IMG/VR virus record: IMGVR_UViG_3300037423_001636
Span: 77,169 to 141,168 of that record
DNA: 64,000 nucleotides
Origin: a virus
Lineage: Duplodnaviria; Heunggongvirae; Uroviricota; Caudoviricetes
Reading direction: 5' to 3' (one strand)
The notes beneath the pieces were generated by a model. That model was not told the origin of the DNA. It searched no databases and saw nothing but the letters and a program-made list of their open reading frames with translations. Positions 36,159-45,916 of this stretch are shown here, one piece after another. How positions within the stretch are numbered: position 1 is the first letter of the stretch; the number at the start of each line of letters is the position of its first letter. Both the position numbers and the translations under genes were made by a program.

Positions 36159-37244
36159 GGAATCTGCCTCGATTTTCACGAGAATCTGGTCCACCGTGCG
36201 TTTGTATGTCTGTTCTGTAGCGAGGTTGCGTCCAGACTCGTTTGGGATCTTTGCCTTCTTTTCAGCTCGATCGAATGCTTCGACAATACTGTCTATTGTG
36301 AAATCATAAAAATTACCCTGTGAAAAAGGCGCTCCTTTATGGAAAAATATGTTATCTACTGCTGGCACCATCCCAGTGGGCTCAATTAAAATGGAGTTTT
36401 CGGCAGTCGCCCAGTCTTTATGAGCGGTCACGTTGGTGACGACACTCCATTTGCCTAGCGCTGTCGCGGTGTGAGCCGGAATATTAAAACCCTCGGATCG
36501 ACTGATCCCAGAAATGTCTATATCAGCTGAATTATATAGCTGATTCATTTCCGCATTTGTCTTCAAATGAGGGAGAACATTCACGTTGAATGGTTTATTC
36601 CCGTTAAACGCCCTTTGGTAGAGGGCGTTCATATCCTCGGGCCGAAAAAATGGATTATTTACGCAGAGAGTGAGTTGGTGCGCCCGGTTGCCGCCATACT
36701 TCTTGATCCACGCTTGGATCTTGAGTGTGGTCATTTTTCTCATCTCTTCATACTTGCCCACGCAGATCCAGTGTATAGTATCTCGCGTTGGTATGGAAGT
36801 TGGCTTAAAGTCCTCGTCTAGCCCCAACGGGACAAAGCCTACATTTTGCGCTCCGTAGCTCCGAAAGTTGTCTACAGACCAAGATGACGAGAAAAACGTG
36901 AAGTCTTGCTGATTGACGATGTTTACTTCGTGCTCAGTTGGACTGTCGGTCTCGTGAAAGCTGAGGGTGTACTGCTTGTCGCTCAACCTAAACTCACTAC
37001 CATTGATGTGCCAGATATTCAGTGTCGGAACTTTCCGATCCACCTTTTTATACCGATTGTTGACCGATTGTTCCAGCCATCCACCAAATGTTTTGTCAAC
37101 CGTGAACGCCGACAGATCGACGTTTCCCCGGGGGAATATCGCACACTGGACCTTTCGACGATACAGTTCTCGAACAATGTTGAATGAAACTTGTGCAAGA
37201 CTTAAATGGGAAAAGGGAACGCTAAGATTGAGTCTTTGAATCAT
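36153..37244 (-). CDS. GT4-family glycosyltransferase
   Basis: VPLGLD, ICVGKYEEMRK, LYNSAD, SRSEGFNIPAHTA. Confidence 0.85.
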   Translation of the reverse strand: MIQRLNLSVPFSHLSLAQVSFNIVRELYRRKVQCAIFPRGNVDLSAFTVDKTFGGWLEQSVNNRYKKVDRKVPTLNIWHINGSEFRLSDKQYTLSFHETDSPTEHEVNIVNQQDFTFFSSSWSVDNFRSYGAQNVGFVPLGLDEDFKPTSIPTRDTIHWICVGKYEEMRKMTTLKIQAWIKKYGGNRAHQLTLCVNNPFFRPEDMNALYQRAFNGNKPFNVNVLPHLKTNAEMNQLYNSADIDISGISRSEGFNIPAHTATALGKWSVVTNVTAHKDWATAENSILIEPTGMVPAVDNIFFHKGAPFSQGNFYDFTIDSIVEAFDRAEKKAKIPNESGRNLATEQTYKRTVDQILVKIEADSV

Positions 37245-37501
37245 TTAGATAGTTTGTCGTATACAAGGCTTAGAAACATGACCACCACTGGCGCAGCCAG
37301 TATAATGCCGAAACCTGTGGGGGTAATTGCCCACACGCCGAATGTGAGCCAAAAGGACAGGCAGAAGGAACATGAAAACAGCTTCCTTATCCAAGGCGGA
37401 ACAGCGGGGGCCAGTGCAGCACGCACTTTAGCCAAAATCTCAGAATGATTTAGCACATAATATATGGCAAACAATGCGGCGCAATATACCAGAAAGTCCA
37501 T
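37241..37501 (-). CDS. small membrane protein, DUF1360-like
   Basis: Hydrophobic helices; LFSCSFCLSFW motif. Confidence 0.6.
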   Translation of the reverse strand: MDFLVYCAALFAIYYVLNHSEILAKVRAALAPAVPPWIRKLFSCSFCLSFWLTFGVWAITPTGFGIILAAPVVVMFLSLVYDKLSK

Positions 37502-37908
37502 CAGTTGGTTTCTGGTTCAAAGTCGTCGCTGATAATATCATTCACGATACTCAGCAACATAATGATATTGCCTTCGTGAATCCCCAGCGCGTCCGCGGGC
37601 GGCAGATCGAGATCGTTCGCATCAAGAAATGTGTTGATGGTATCGGCAATTTCATTGGCTGTCTGCATGGAAATGTGCAGCTCTTGGCCGCCGCCGTTGA
37701 GCGGACTCGACAGGACCCAAAAATCCGTCCCTGCGTCCACAAGCAACTCGTAAGCAACGAGCTGTTTGGCAGCAGATCGAATAAGATGATCTCGCTTGTC
37801 GGCAAGCTCCTCTGGAACGCGGATAGATTCAAAGTCTTCGGTGCCAAACGTGTCTTTATTGCAGAGCAGTCTAACAATCTGGTTCCGGATGTCTAGGAGA
37901 GTCATCAA
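37501..37908 (-). CDS. hypothetical protein
   Basis: 135 aa acidic; first gene of the minus-strand block; TGATG coupling downstream. Confidence 0.6.
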   Translation of the reverse strand: MMTLLDIRNQIVRLLCNKDTFGTEDFESIRVPEELADKRDHLIRSAAKQLVAYELLVDAGTDFWVLSSPLNGGGQELHISMQTANEIADTINTFLDANDLDLPPADALGIHEGNIIMLLSIVNDIISDDFEPETN

Positions 37909-38051
37909 CCCTCGATTGTTTGGGTCTTGAACGTGATGTCAAGATGATTAGACTCCACTGTAGAATGATCGCTCAGATCCCAATCTCACCCTTAGTTCCG
38001 ATCAAGATTGGAGATCAGAGCGCTTCGCGCATAGGTATTAAGGCTTCGCCC

Positions 38052-38267
38052 TCACTCGCCGAGCCTCGTTCGTGCTTCGCCAATTCTTTAGATCCGCGAC
38101 TGAGGTCGCTTGACTGCCGCGTCGGCTGGAGCCTCCTTGGCTCTTCGCCCCTCAAACGGGCTCAGAACCAATTCTCAATCCACAACAGGAAATCATGCGG
38201 GCTTCGCCCTACTATGAAGACCTCGCTCCCGCTCGGTAACTATCCTTCACTCGCCGAGCCTCGTTCG
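38052..38267 (+). repeat. 21-nt direct repeat TCACTCGCCGAGCCTCGTTCG (38052-38072 and 38247-38267)
   Basis: Exact copies read directly in the 576-nt intergenic region. Confidence 0.9.
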
Positions 38268-38484
38268 GATAGTGTGGTCCTTCGGACCAATGTCAAGCAA
38301 ATTCTGCTATATAGACACAACATTCTTCTCATACTGGAGTGAGCACGTAGTGCGAACGGCTTTCGATCTAAGACATAGAGTATGGGCGGAGTGAGAATGA
38401 GACTCGATCTCAAATAGCCTTTGACTCACATTATCTATTGACACGCCCACCAATCTTACTCTACTAGACTTAGGTCCATATTGA

Positions 38485-39387
38485 ATGAAGATTTGCACTG
38501 CCGACTCCTCTCGCTACCAGCTTAGTCAGATTGATAGGATTGAACAGGGGTTCCGGGACCTTGGTCACGAAATTGTGCAAGATCATGAATCTGCTGATCT
38601 TGTGTACCAGAACAACGGGTGGTACGACTCTATCGTGGCAGCTCGCCCCCGAATTCGGGGCAAGGTCATTCTAAATGTGCTCGACTTGGCCCCGCACGCC
38701 AGTCCTCCGTTCGACGTGTCCCGCCTCCGGGCTCAGCTTACCTCAGCAGATGCCGTTACGGCCATTTCCACATGGGTCCAAAGCGATTTGAGGGTGCGGG
38801 CCGGAGTAGAATCTACGGTGATCTATAATCCCATCAAACCGGTTTCTAATGAGTATGTCCGCCGGGCTCATCAGTGCCGGGCTCTTTTCGTTGGTCGGGT
38901 AAATGATGCCGCAAAACGCACCGCTCCAGCCGCCGCGGCCCTCCAGATTCTCGGATTCGATGCCACGGACGTGATTACCGTGGGCTCAGATTGTCCATTC
39001 TACGGTGGCGCGTGGATGGGGGTGGTGAACGACCAGATTCTGAACAAGCTGTATAATTCGGTGGACTTCGTTATGTTTCCATCAGGCTCGAATGAGGGCT
39101 TAGGATTGCCCGCCACAGAGGCTGTAGCAGCCGGCGCAATTCCCGTCATTTGCCGAGACCTGTCTACGCGCGAGGAGTTCTTCCCATCAGCGATATTCCC
39201 AGAATATGTAGACGTAGAGGCAACCCCAGAGTCGATCGCCCGATTTGTCGGACGCTATATGAACGATGAAGTGGCGCGGGCGGAGCTGAAAGCCCGACTT
39301 TTCAATCATTATCAGAAAAACTGGGCGGCCAAACTCAGCGGGCTCGGCGTGGCGCAGGCGATTTTGGATGTGTATAACCGACTATGA
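38485..39387 (+). CDS. GT4-family glycosyltransferase
   Basis: LFVGRV, LYNSVDFVMFPS..EGLGLPATEAVAAG. Confidence 0.85.
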   Translation: MKICTADSSRYQLSQIDRIEQGFRDLGHEIVQDHESADLVYQNNGWYDSIVAARPRIRGKVILNVLDLAPHASPPFDVSRLRAQLTSADAVTAISTWVQSDLRVRAGVESTVIYNPIKPVSNEYVRRAHQCRALFVGRVNDAAKRTAPAAAALQILGFDATDVITVGSDCPFYGGAWMGVVNDQILNKLYNSVDFVMFPSGSNEGLGLPATEAVAAGAIPVICRDLSTREEFFPSAIFPEYVDVEATPESIARFVGRYMNDEVARAELKARLFNHYQKNWAAKLSGLGVAQAILDVYNRL

Positions 39388-40223
39388 GCCACGACTATTC
39401 CGAACCCCAAGTCTCTTTTGTCGTGCTTGACTTCATGAAGCCTGAGCTGACTGCCGAGTGTCTCAACTCTATTCGACAGCACGTCAAGTTCCCTCACAAG
39501 ATTGTCTATTTGCATAATGGACCAGCTCCTTACGCCTATCGGTTCTACGAGCACGGACTGGTAGATCATTTCGTCCAGACAGCAAATAATGATGGGCTGG
39601 GCATTGGGACTAGGAATGCGATGGCGGCAGTATTCAGTCCCTATACTGTGTACTGGCAAAATGACCAGCTGATGGGCCGAGACTTCACGCAGGACGAGTT
39701 GCGAATACTGATTGGCCACCTAAACAGCCGTCGCGACAGAATTGGAGGCACCGACTCGGGGAGCGAGGTTAAGAGTATCAGCCTAGCTGGGGCGCTCGTT
39801 GGTCATGGAATCTATTCCGAGCGTGCTCATTTTATCGAGACCAAGTTCTACCGAGAGATGGAGCATTCTCTCCCTCTGTCCTATGGCGGGGCCGGACCCT
39901 ATTCTCATGTCATGTGGCGTGAGGAGCAGATTCAGAAATACTACAAGGATAGGGGCTATGTCCATTATACCGATTGGACGCCGATGGCCATCGACAAGGG
40001 CGTTCACACTATTCGGCCTGCTGGCGGGGGGCTGGTCAAGATGAGGACGGATACAAAAGCCGTCTGGTGGATAGAACCTCCGAAAGAGCGATATGTGTTT
40101 CCCGAGCATACGGAAATGGAGTGGGCCATAGCTATGGCCGGCGCGTGGCCCGGAGGGAAGATTCCGCAGATATATCTAGACAGGCGGGAGAGCTTCAACT
40201 GCTGGGGAAGGATAGACGAATGA
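39384..40223 (+). CDS. GT2/GT-A-like glycosyltransferase
   Basis: VSFVVLDF.KPELTAECLNSI, NDGLGIG, YWQNDQ. Confidence 0.7.
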   Translation: MSHDYSEPQVSFVVLDFMKPELTAECLNSIRQHVKFPHKIVYLHNGPAPYAYRFYEHGLVDHFVQTANNDGLGIGTRNAMAAVFSPYTVYWQNDQLMGRDFTQDELRILIGHLNSRRDRIGGTDSGSEVKSISLAGALVGHGIYSERAHFIETKFYREMEHSLPLSYGGAGPYSHVMWREEQIQKYYKDRGYVHYTDWTPMAIDKGVHTIRPAGGGLVKMRTDTKAVWWIEPPKERYVFPEHTEMEWAIAMAGAWPGGKIPQIYLDRRESFNCWGRIDE

Positions 40224-41041
40224 AAGTCGGATTATACAGCTGCGCTTGGTCAATCGAGTCTAAGCGTTTTCAGTGGAAAGATGCTCTTGATAATTGGGCG
40301 ATTTACGCTGACGAGATTTCTGTGGCCATACCACAGTCTGACACTGATGATTCGGCTGGGATCATGTTGGCCTATGCCAAGGATCGCGATTACAATCTAT
40401 CTATCGTTCGCACTCCGTTCGACTTCACTTCTGACCCATTTGCCTACGGGAAGACGGTTAACGCAGCCCTTCAAAACTGTTCGGCTGACCTGTATCTACA
40501 CAACGATCTTGACGAGAGAACCGGCGGTGACAGACGGCGGTTGGAGGAGATGCACGCCATTCTAAAGAACCGTTATGACATTCGAGCTTTTTGGGTGCCC
40601 AACATAGACCTCTATGGAGCCCCTGAGAAGTATCTCGCTCCTGTGAAACGAAAGTGGCATGTGCACGGTGGAGGATTGTTCCGTGGGGCGGTGCCATGGG
40701 GGATCAAGTCTGACGGTCGTCCCGACTACAACAAGACCAGTACAGATGAGCTGCTCGATATAGCGGGAAACCTAGCTCCGGCCGCGGCTTTGTTCAAGGA
40801 TTTGGAGATCGAGACTATACGCGAATATGTCGCGGCTGGCTGGCCCATGGTATACCACGAAGGATATTTGCGGCTAAACGACAGATTGGAGCGTTCGTTA
40901 TGGTGGCGGGATTTTTGGACGAAGGCCACGAATGGCGATCCTAACAAGCATCCCACTTCTATAGAAGAGCTGGCCGCCAAGGAAACGAAAGAACATGGCT
41001 TGCCCCTTTGGCCAACAAAGAATCGTACTCATGCAGGTTAA
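40220..41041 (+). CDS. GT2/GT-A-like glycosyltransferase
   Basis: Start at ATGA overlap 40220; DEISVAI...DDS, YLHNDLDE, VYHEGY. Confidence 0.7.
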   Translation: MKVGLYSCAWSIESKRFQWKDALDNWAIYADEISVAIPQSDTDDSAGIMLAYAKDRDYNLSIVRTPFDFTSDPFAYGKTVNAALQNCSADLYLHNDLDERTGGDRRRLEEMHAILKNRYDIRAFWVPNIDLYGAPEKYLAPVKRKWHVHGGGLFRGAVPWGIKSDGRPDYNKTSTDELLDIAGNLAPAAALFKDLEIETIREYVAAGWPMVYHEGYLRLNDRLERSLWWRDFWTKATNGDPNKHPTSIEELAAKETKEHGLPLWPTKNRTHAG

Positions 41042-41405
41042 ACCCGGTCGAAAAGGCTTTACACTCACCAAAGACGACTTCCGCATTGAGTACTACAGTG
41101 GCTCCGGAGCCGGCGGCCAATATAGGAATAAGCATATGAACTGCTGCCGTGTTATCCACGATGCGAGTGGTTCTGTTGGAACCTCACAAGAACATCGAGA
41201 CCAACCATCCAATCGAGAAACTGCATTCAAACGCTGTGTAAATTCTCCCGTATTCAAAGCGTGGTCCCATCGGAAGCTGGAGGAGATCGAGGCCGGTGGC
41301 AGCGTGGAAGAGTGGGTGGAAGAGCAGTTGAGGCCAGAGAATCTAGCCTTCGAGACTAAGGTCGGCGGCAAGTGGGTAGAATGGGACGGCAAGACTAAGG
41401 AATAA
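41031..41405 (+). CDS. GGQ peptidyl-tRNA hydrolase (release factor domain 3)-like protein
   Basis: DFRIEYYSGSGAGGQYRNK...RVIHDASG...SQEHRDQPSNRETAFKR; single domain, no codon-reading domain. Confidence 0.9.
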   Translation: MQVKPGRKGFTLTKDDFRIEYYSGSGAGGQYRNKHMNCCRVIHDASGSVGTSQEHRDQPSNRETAFKRCVNSPVFKAWSHRKLEEIEAGGSVEEWVEEQLRPENLAFETKVGGKWVEWDGKTKE

Positions 41406-41415
41406 TTTGAACACA

Positions 41416-41670
41416 ATGAAGAACAAGCGAAAACGATCAAATACACCAACGACCGCGACAGAGATTTCAGCCAATACAATTACCAAAACGGTCGGCTCAG
41501 GAATCAACCTCTGTGTTCCAAACACGATTCCAGAGAAAATGGAGGCCATCGTCAATCTGTCTATAGCTGTTGTGGAGCTGAGTAAAGCGCTTGCCAGTGT
41601 CCATCTGAATGCCACGATTTTAAACAATACGATCTGCGGTGCCGACTGCGGCATTTCTATTCAAGGATGA
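41416..41670 (+). CDS. hypothetical protein
   Basis: ATG 41416; ATGA overlap with the next gene. Confidence 0.45.
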   Translation: MKNKRKRSNTPTTATEISANTITKTVGSGINLCVPNTIPEKMEAIVNLSIAVVELSKALASVHLNATILNNTICGADCGISIQG

Positions 41671-41858
41671 GTGATAAACCCACGGCTCCAACCATTTGGC
41701 AGGAAAGATTTATTGCAGGACTCAACAGGGCCATTATGTTTCATGGTACGAATACCAACGACCCGCATGGAATATCCAATGCGGTCATTTGCACTCTCAT
41801 CGAGGTGAAAAACGCATTTGAAGAATCTCAGAAGCGGGAAAGCGGATGGAAATCGTAA
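41667..41858 (+). CDS. hypothetical protein
   Basis: 63 aa, translationally coupled on both sides. Confidence 0.5.
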   Translation: MSDKPTAPTIWQERFIAGLNRAIMFHGTNTNDPHGISNAVICTLIEVKNAFEESQKRESGWKS

Positions 41859-41859
41859 T

Positions 41860-42300
41860 ATGAACACAAATCAGACCATCGAACCTATCGATACGCCGGA
41901 TCACGTCAACTTTCCTATTGCTTCGATAGATCCCAAGGGGTGGGGTGTGGAGCGAGTAATCATCAACTGTTACGACTATTGCGCCAAGATTCTTGAGTTC
42001 AAGGTGGGGCAGGACGGCTCGACTCATTTCCACAGTAAGAAACACGAGACGTGGTACATCCTCGAAGGCGAGCTTCGCTTTGTATGGATCGACACCACAG
42101 ATGCCGAGCAGAACGTTAAGGTCCTCAAGTCAGGCGACATCGTGGACATCCCGCGACTTTGTCCGCACAAGGTGATTGCGCTGACAGACGTGAGAATTAT
42201 GGAGGTGAGCACCCCGCATTATATCGATGATAGCTATCGTGTTTTTCCCGGGGCTTCCCAACGGCGGCCGGCGGTGGCGACGCAGGATGGGGCGAGATGA
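41860..42300 (+). CDS. cupin, sugar isomerase-like
   Basis: KGWG.E, STHFHSKKHETWYILEG, IPRLCPH, EVST...DDSYR. Confidence 0.85.
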   Translation: MNTNQTIEPIDTPDHVNFPIASIDPKGWGVERVIINCYDYCAKILEFKVGQDGSTHFHSKKHETWYILEGELRFVWIDTTDAEQNVKVLKSGDIVDIPRLCPHKVIALTDVRIMEVSTPHYIDDSYRVFPGASQRRPAVATQDGAR

Positions 42301-43139
42301 CTGACTATCGTCTATTCCTTTGTGGCATCACGTCGGCGGGCAAAGAGGCGAACCTCCGCGCCCTAATTGAGCCTATCTCCGAATATATCCACGGCCTTCA
42401 ATGGACATTCCATCATCCGACCGACGCTGGCTACGACTACCTATTCGCCAACTGCCGAGAAGGCAAGATCATCACGGCTGAATTTTGTCAGAGGCATGGA
42501 TATTCGATGACTCACTACCTGTGGCAGGGCACGATGGAGCCGGGCGATTTTTTTCTTCAGGTAGACGATCTGGAGAGATTAGGAGTTCCTTTCGTGCGGG
42601 ACCGTGTGCCGGGGTTGATTCAGCTCATGAAGGACACGAACACAGCCATGATTGCTAACTATGGCAAGGGACTTTTGTTTCGCTATAACGAGCAGCTGGA
42701 ATTCCGCGGGTCCCCACACTGGTACGCCATCAATCTCGATGGGCAGTCCATCAATCTGGAGCTGGATCAGACAGAGTTTTGGAACGTGCGTGGCGAGCAG
42801 CGGGGAAAACACCAGTTCGTGGAGCATTATCTGAAGTACTATCTCTATCCAGCGGGCTCCAATCATTGCCTGCTTGGTCTGGAGAAACATGGTGATCCAC
42901 AGAAGCTCTTTCCTATTCGAGAGAAGCGCCGGCTAGAGTTCCGAGAGGAATTGCGCAAGAGAGGCGTTCCTATGACTGTAGAGGGTGTGAAGCAGCTGAT
43001 GAAGAATGGGCTTGACTCTACTCTCAAAGAGCATTTCAATCAAGAAAAGATCTTGAATGATAGTTGGCGCTACTTCCAGCTCGGACGAACAGACTTCCCG
43101 GACGACCACGATTGGAGCAATGTAGTGCATATAGACTAA
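42297..43139 (+). CDS. GT-A-like glycosyltransferase
   Basis: FFLQVDDLERL, LFRYNEQLEFRGSPHW. Confidence 0.6.
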   Translation: MTDYRLFLCGITSAGKEANLRALIEPISEYIHGLQWTFHHPTDAGYDYLFANCREGKIITAEFCQRHGYSMTHYLWQGTMEPGDFFLQVDDLERLGVPFVRDRVPGLIQLMKDTNTAMIANYGKGLLFRYNEQLEFRGSPHWYAINLDGQSINLELDQTEFWNVRGEQRGKHQFVEHYLKYYLYPAGSNHCLLGLEKHGDPQKLFPIREKRRLEFREELRKRGVPMTVEGVKQLMKNGLDSTLKEHFNQEKILNDSWRYFQLGRTDFPDDHDWSNVVHID

Positions 43140-43738
43140 TGAGGACATCTAAGGCAGACAAGAATCTATTCAGCTGCTCGAACAATACGTACCAGTGGTA
43201 CGCGGGTACAGATCGCGTCCAGTCGGTAGAATATCCACCAACTACCCTTCGATTCGTATTTCCAGATGATGACGCCGATTGGGATTCTCCGTTAAAAATC
43301 TGTGATGGCACTAGGGGTCTGGTCTGGACCACCATTGAGTCGGCGCAAGGGCACGAAAATGCTCTTGATTTGAACAACCGAGTCACAGACTGTTGGCTCG
43401 TCGGCCGCTGGGGTTATTTCGGACGGCAGAAGGGCGATCAGGTTATCACGGTCAAGGGCGGTTGTAGGCGAATCAAGATCTTTGGCGTCATTCATTCCAC
43501 TGGGAATGAAGCTGACGTGTGCGTGGGCAACTGGTCGGACCGATCATTCGACATCTCTGAAGATCTTGATTTTAGCGCGCTAGAACGGGCTGATGGCAAA
43601 CCTGTGACATTCATTCTTGCGCGGTGTCGGAACGTCAAGCTCCCACCCGGGGCAAAAGTACTGAAGCTGAAGAGCCTACTCTATTCGTGTTATTGGTGGG
43701 GTAAGTTCGCTGCCGTGAAAGCGGGGCTGATCCGCTGA
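43139..43738 (+). CDS. hypothetical protein, possibly short beta-helix
   Basis: TAATG coupling; ENALDLNN, QVITVKGGCRRIKI, DVCVGNWSD. Confidence 0.5.
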   Translation: MRTSKADKNLFSCSNNTYQWYAGTDRVQSVEYPPTTLRFVFPDDDADWDSPLKICDGTRGLVWTTIESAQGHENALDLNNRVTDCWLVGRWGYFGRQKGDQVITVKGGCRRIKIFGVIHSTGNEADVCVGNWSDRSFDISEDLDFSALERADGKPVTFILARCRNVKLPPGAKVLKLKSLLYSCYWWGKFAAVKAGLIR

Positions 43739-44475
43739 TGCCCACCATCCCCCTTTCTCTTCTTTTCTTTACAAGCACCAAAGGGCATTTTGGGCATAAA
43801 GATATCTATCTGACTACTCTCGCGGACCTCAACCGACAGATTCCGCTAGATCAGTTCGCCACAAAGGTCGCTCATATTAAGGTGTCCCCGGGCGATGAAA
43901 AGCTTGGCGCGGAGATGATGATCGATCTGTCAGATATGGGATTCAAGGTTTTGGAAACGGTCGCGCATTGGGACCGCGGCCAGAGCCACCAGCTTGGCTA
44001 CATGGCAGATGTGATAAAGGTGTCGAAAGAACGTTGCATACACAAGAATCCTCACGTTCTGTGGCTGGAGGACGACGCAACGATTACTCCGCATCAAGTA
44101 TCTCCCGAGAAGCTGTTGGCAGAGATGGTCTGGATGATTGAGTCTCACCCAGATATATTGACGGCTCGTTTGCTTAGACGGTGCGACCACTCAACAAGCT
44201 CTGTGCTACTACAGCAGCCCAACTACTTTTGGTCGCCACACGTGAATTTCCAGCCTCTTTGCCTGCGTTCCAGCCACTTCTACCTCGCCGCCAAGTTTAT
44301 CGAGGACAATTGGGACAAGGTGCAGAATGTGCAGTGTGAGATGTTGTGGCGACTCGTGCTCGCTCCATTCTCGCGTGACGAACTGAAGCACGTCGTATTT
44401 ATGCCGGATTATGCCGAGACCATTCATTTGGGCGTGAAGGAATATCCCGAGCTGAAAGCTCAGCTCAATCTATGA
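43738..44475 (+). CDS. GT-A-like glycosyltransferase (putative)
   Basis: HVLWLEDD acidic motif; TGATG and ATGA coupling. Confidence 0.5.
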   Translation: MPTIPLSLLFFTSTKGHFGHKDIYLTTLADLNRQIPLDQFATKVAHIKVSPGDEKLGAEMMIDLSDMGFKVLETVAHWDRGQSHQLGYMADVIKVSKERCIHKNPHVLWLEDDATITPHQVSPEKLLAEMVWMIESHPDILTARLLRRCDHSTSSVLLQQPNYFWSPHVNFQPLCLRSSHFYLAAKFIEDNWDKVQNVQCEMLWRLVLAPFSRDELKHVVFMPDYAETIHLGVKEYPELKAQLNL

Positions 44476-45149
44476 AGCCACTTCTTCCTCCAGACTTTGG
44501 AATAGAAACTTGGGGCAACATAGCAAGTCGGCTTACCAGCCTTCGCAATCTCGGATTTACCCCACGAAGTATACTTGATATCGGAGCTTATCACGGCCAC
44601 TTCTCCACTGTTGCCCGTTGGATTTGGAGCGACGCAGAGATTCTGATGATTGAGGCTAATGAAAGCTGTCGTTCTCAATTGGATGGCAAGGGCTTTCCAT
44701 TTGAAATTGCGGTGCTAGATTCCACTGCGGGCGAACGCGACTTCCATCAATGTCAAACCGGCTGCGGTGAAGGTAACGGACTCTACAGAGAGAATAGTAT
44801 TTTCCCATTTGCGACGATCAAACGACAGACTCAGCGACTCGACGATGTGCTTCGTGGAAGATCGTTTGATTTTATCAAGCTCGATTGTCAAGGGGCAGAA
44901 CGCCGTATCATTGAAGGTGGCGAGGAGACTGTGCGCGGCGCACAAGTTATCCAAATCGAGACTCAGGTTCAGGACTACAATGAAGGAGCCCCGCGTATTG
45001 CAGACATGATTCCGGCCTTGGGCTACTATGGATTCCGATTGTTCGACATTACGGATATGCACTACAATTCCCGGGGCATGCTCATTCAGACAGATCTTAT
45101 GTTCGTTAGACAAGATTCTCCACTGTTCAAAATTCGCCCTCTTTCATGA
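44472..45149 (+). CDS. FkbM-family methyltransferase
   Basis: ILDIGAYHG, IEANE, RLDD, FIKLDCQGAE. Confidence 0.9.
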   Translation: MKPLLPPDFGIETWGNIASRLTSLRNLGFTPRSILDIGAYHGHFSTVARWIWSDAEILMIEANESCRSQLDGKGFPFEIAVLDSTAGERDFHQCQTGCGEGNGLYRENSIFPFATIKRQTQRLDDVLRGRSFDFIKLDCQGAERRIIEGGEETVRGAQVIQIETQVQDYNEGAPRIADMIPALGYYGFRLFDITDMHYNSRGMLIQTDLMFVRQDSPLFKIRPLS

Positions 45150-45916
45150 TCGATCTATACTCTTCTTCTTCCAATCTTGGGGATAATCTAGGCTACACTG
45201 CATTGGCCGCCGTTACGCCGGTCCGCGTCCACATGTACGACGATAAAGGCTGCCGCTGCATCTCTCCTATTTTTGACGAGGTATGTGAAGTGGTTCACGA
45301 TAACGGATCTCCTACACTTGGTTCTCCCAAGTCGAATGATCCCACTCATATCAATCTTCCGTTCACCCTTAGGCATCTTTATGCCGCTGGTATCTTTGAT
45401 AAGCCGGCCATTCCCGTGATGAAGCTAAAGGACCACGAGATTGAGAAGGCTCGCGAGTTTCTCAAGCCTTTCAAGAATCCGTGTGTCATCAAGTGCAGTC
45501 CGCAAGTCACGGATGTTCGTACGCCTCCGCAGGAGATTCTGAATCGCATCGTCGCTGCCAATCCCGGCGTAGACTTCCTCAATTTTGGTCTATCCAAGAA
45601 TCATGCGAAATATAATCTCGCCAATCTGACCGTGCCGGGTCTGCACACGTTTCTCGATTTGGACGTGCGCGATCAGGCCGCCATCTATCAGCTCGTGGGA
45701 CGCTATATTGGGCCGGACACCGGCGACTATCACATGATGCTCGCGGTGGGTGGCCAGTGCGATGTGCTTTGTCCGCCATCTTCCCCCGCTTACTCGCACC
45801 AGTTTTTCCACTACAATGCCGCCTGCTGGATGGACCAGCCAGTGCGCGTTCGTTACCACATGTGGACGAATCCGCTTGGCGCGTTTCTCACGGGGCTAAA
45901 AAATGGTCAGGATTGA
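45146..45916 (+). CDS. GT9-like glycosyltransferase
   Basis: NLGDNLGYTAL, YIGPDTGDYHMMLAVG. Confidence 0.7.
   Translation: MIDLYSSSSNLGDNLGYTALAAVTPVRVHMYDDKGCRCISPIFDEVCEVVHDNGSPTLGSPKSNDPTHINLPFTLRHLYAAGIFDKPAIPVMKLKDHEIEKAREFLKPFKNPCVIKCSPQVTDVRTPPQEILNRIVAANPGVDFLNFGLSKNHAKYNLANLTVPGLHTFLDLDVRDQAAIYQLVGRYIGPDTGDYHMMLAVGGQCDVLCPPSSPAYSHQFFHYNAACWMDQPVRVRYHMWTNPLGAFLTGLKNGQD

Noticed and set aside
38052-38267. Repeat-spacer-repeat as a mini CRISPR array
   Set aside because: Only two 21-nt copies, 174 nt apart, and no cas genes.
37920-38342. 140-aa ORF in the divergent intergenic region
   Set aside because: Its repeated SLAEPRS peptide just reflects the DNA repeat; there is no SD and no coupling. 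The region is better explained as non-coding structure.
38421-38470. Sigma70 promoter for the + strand glycan operon
   Set aside because: TTGACA at 38438 is present, but the TAnnnT candidates lie at 13 or 21 nt spacing; too weak to call.
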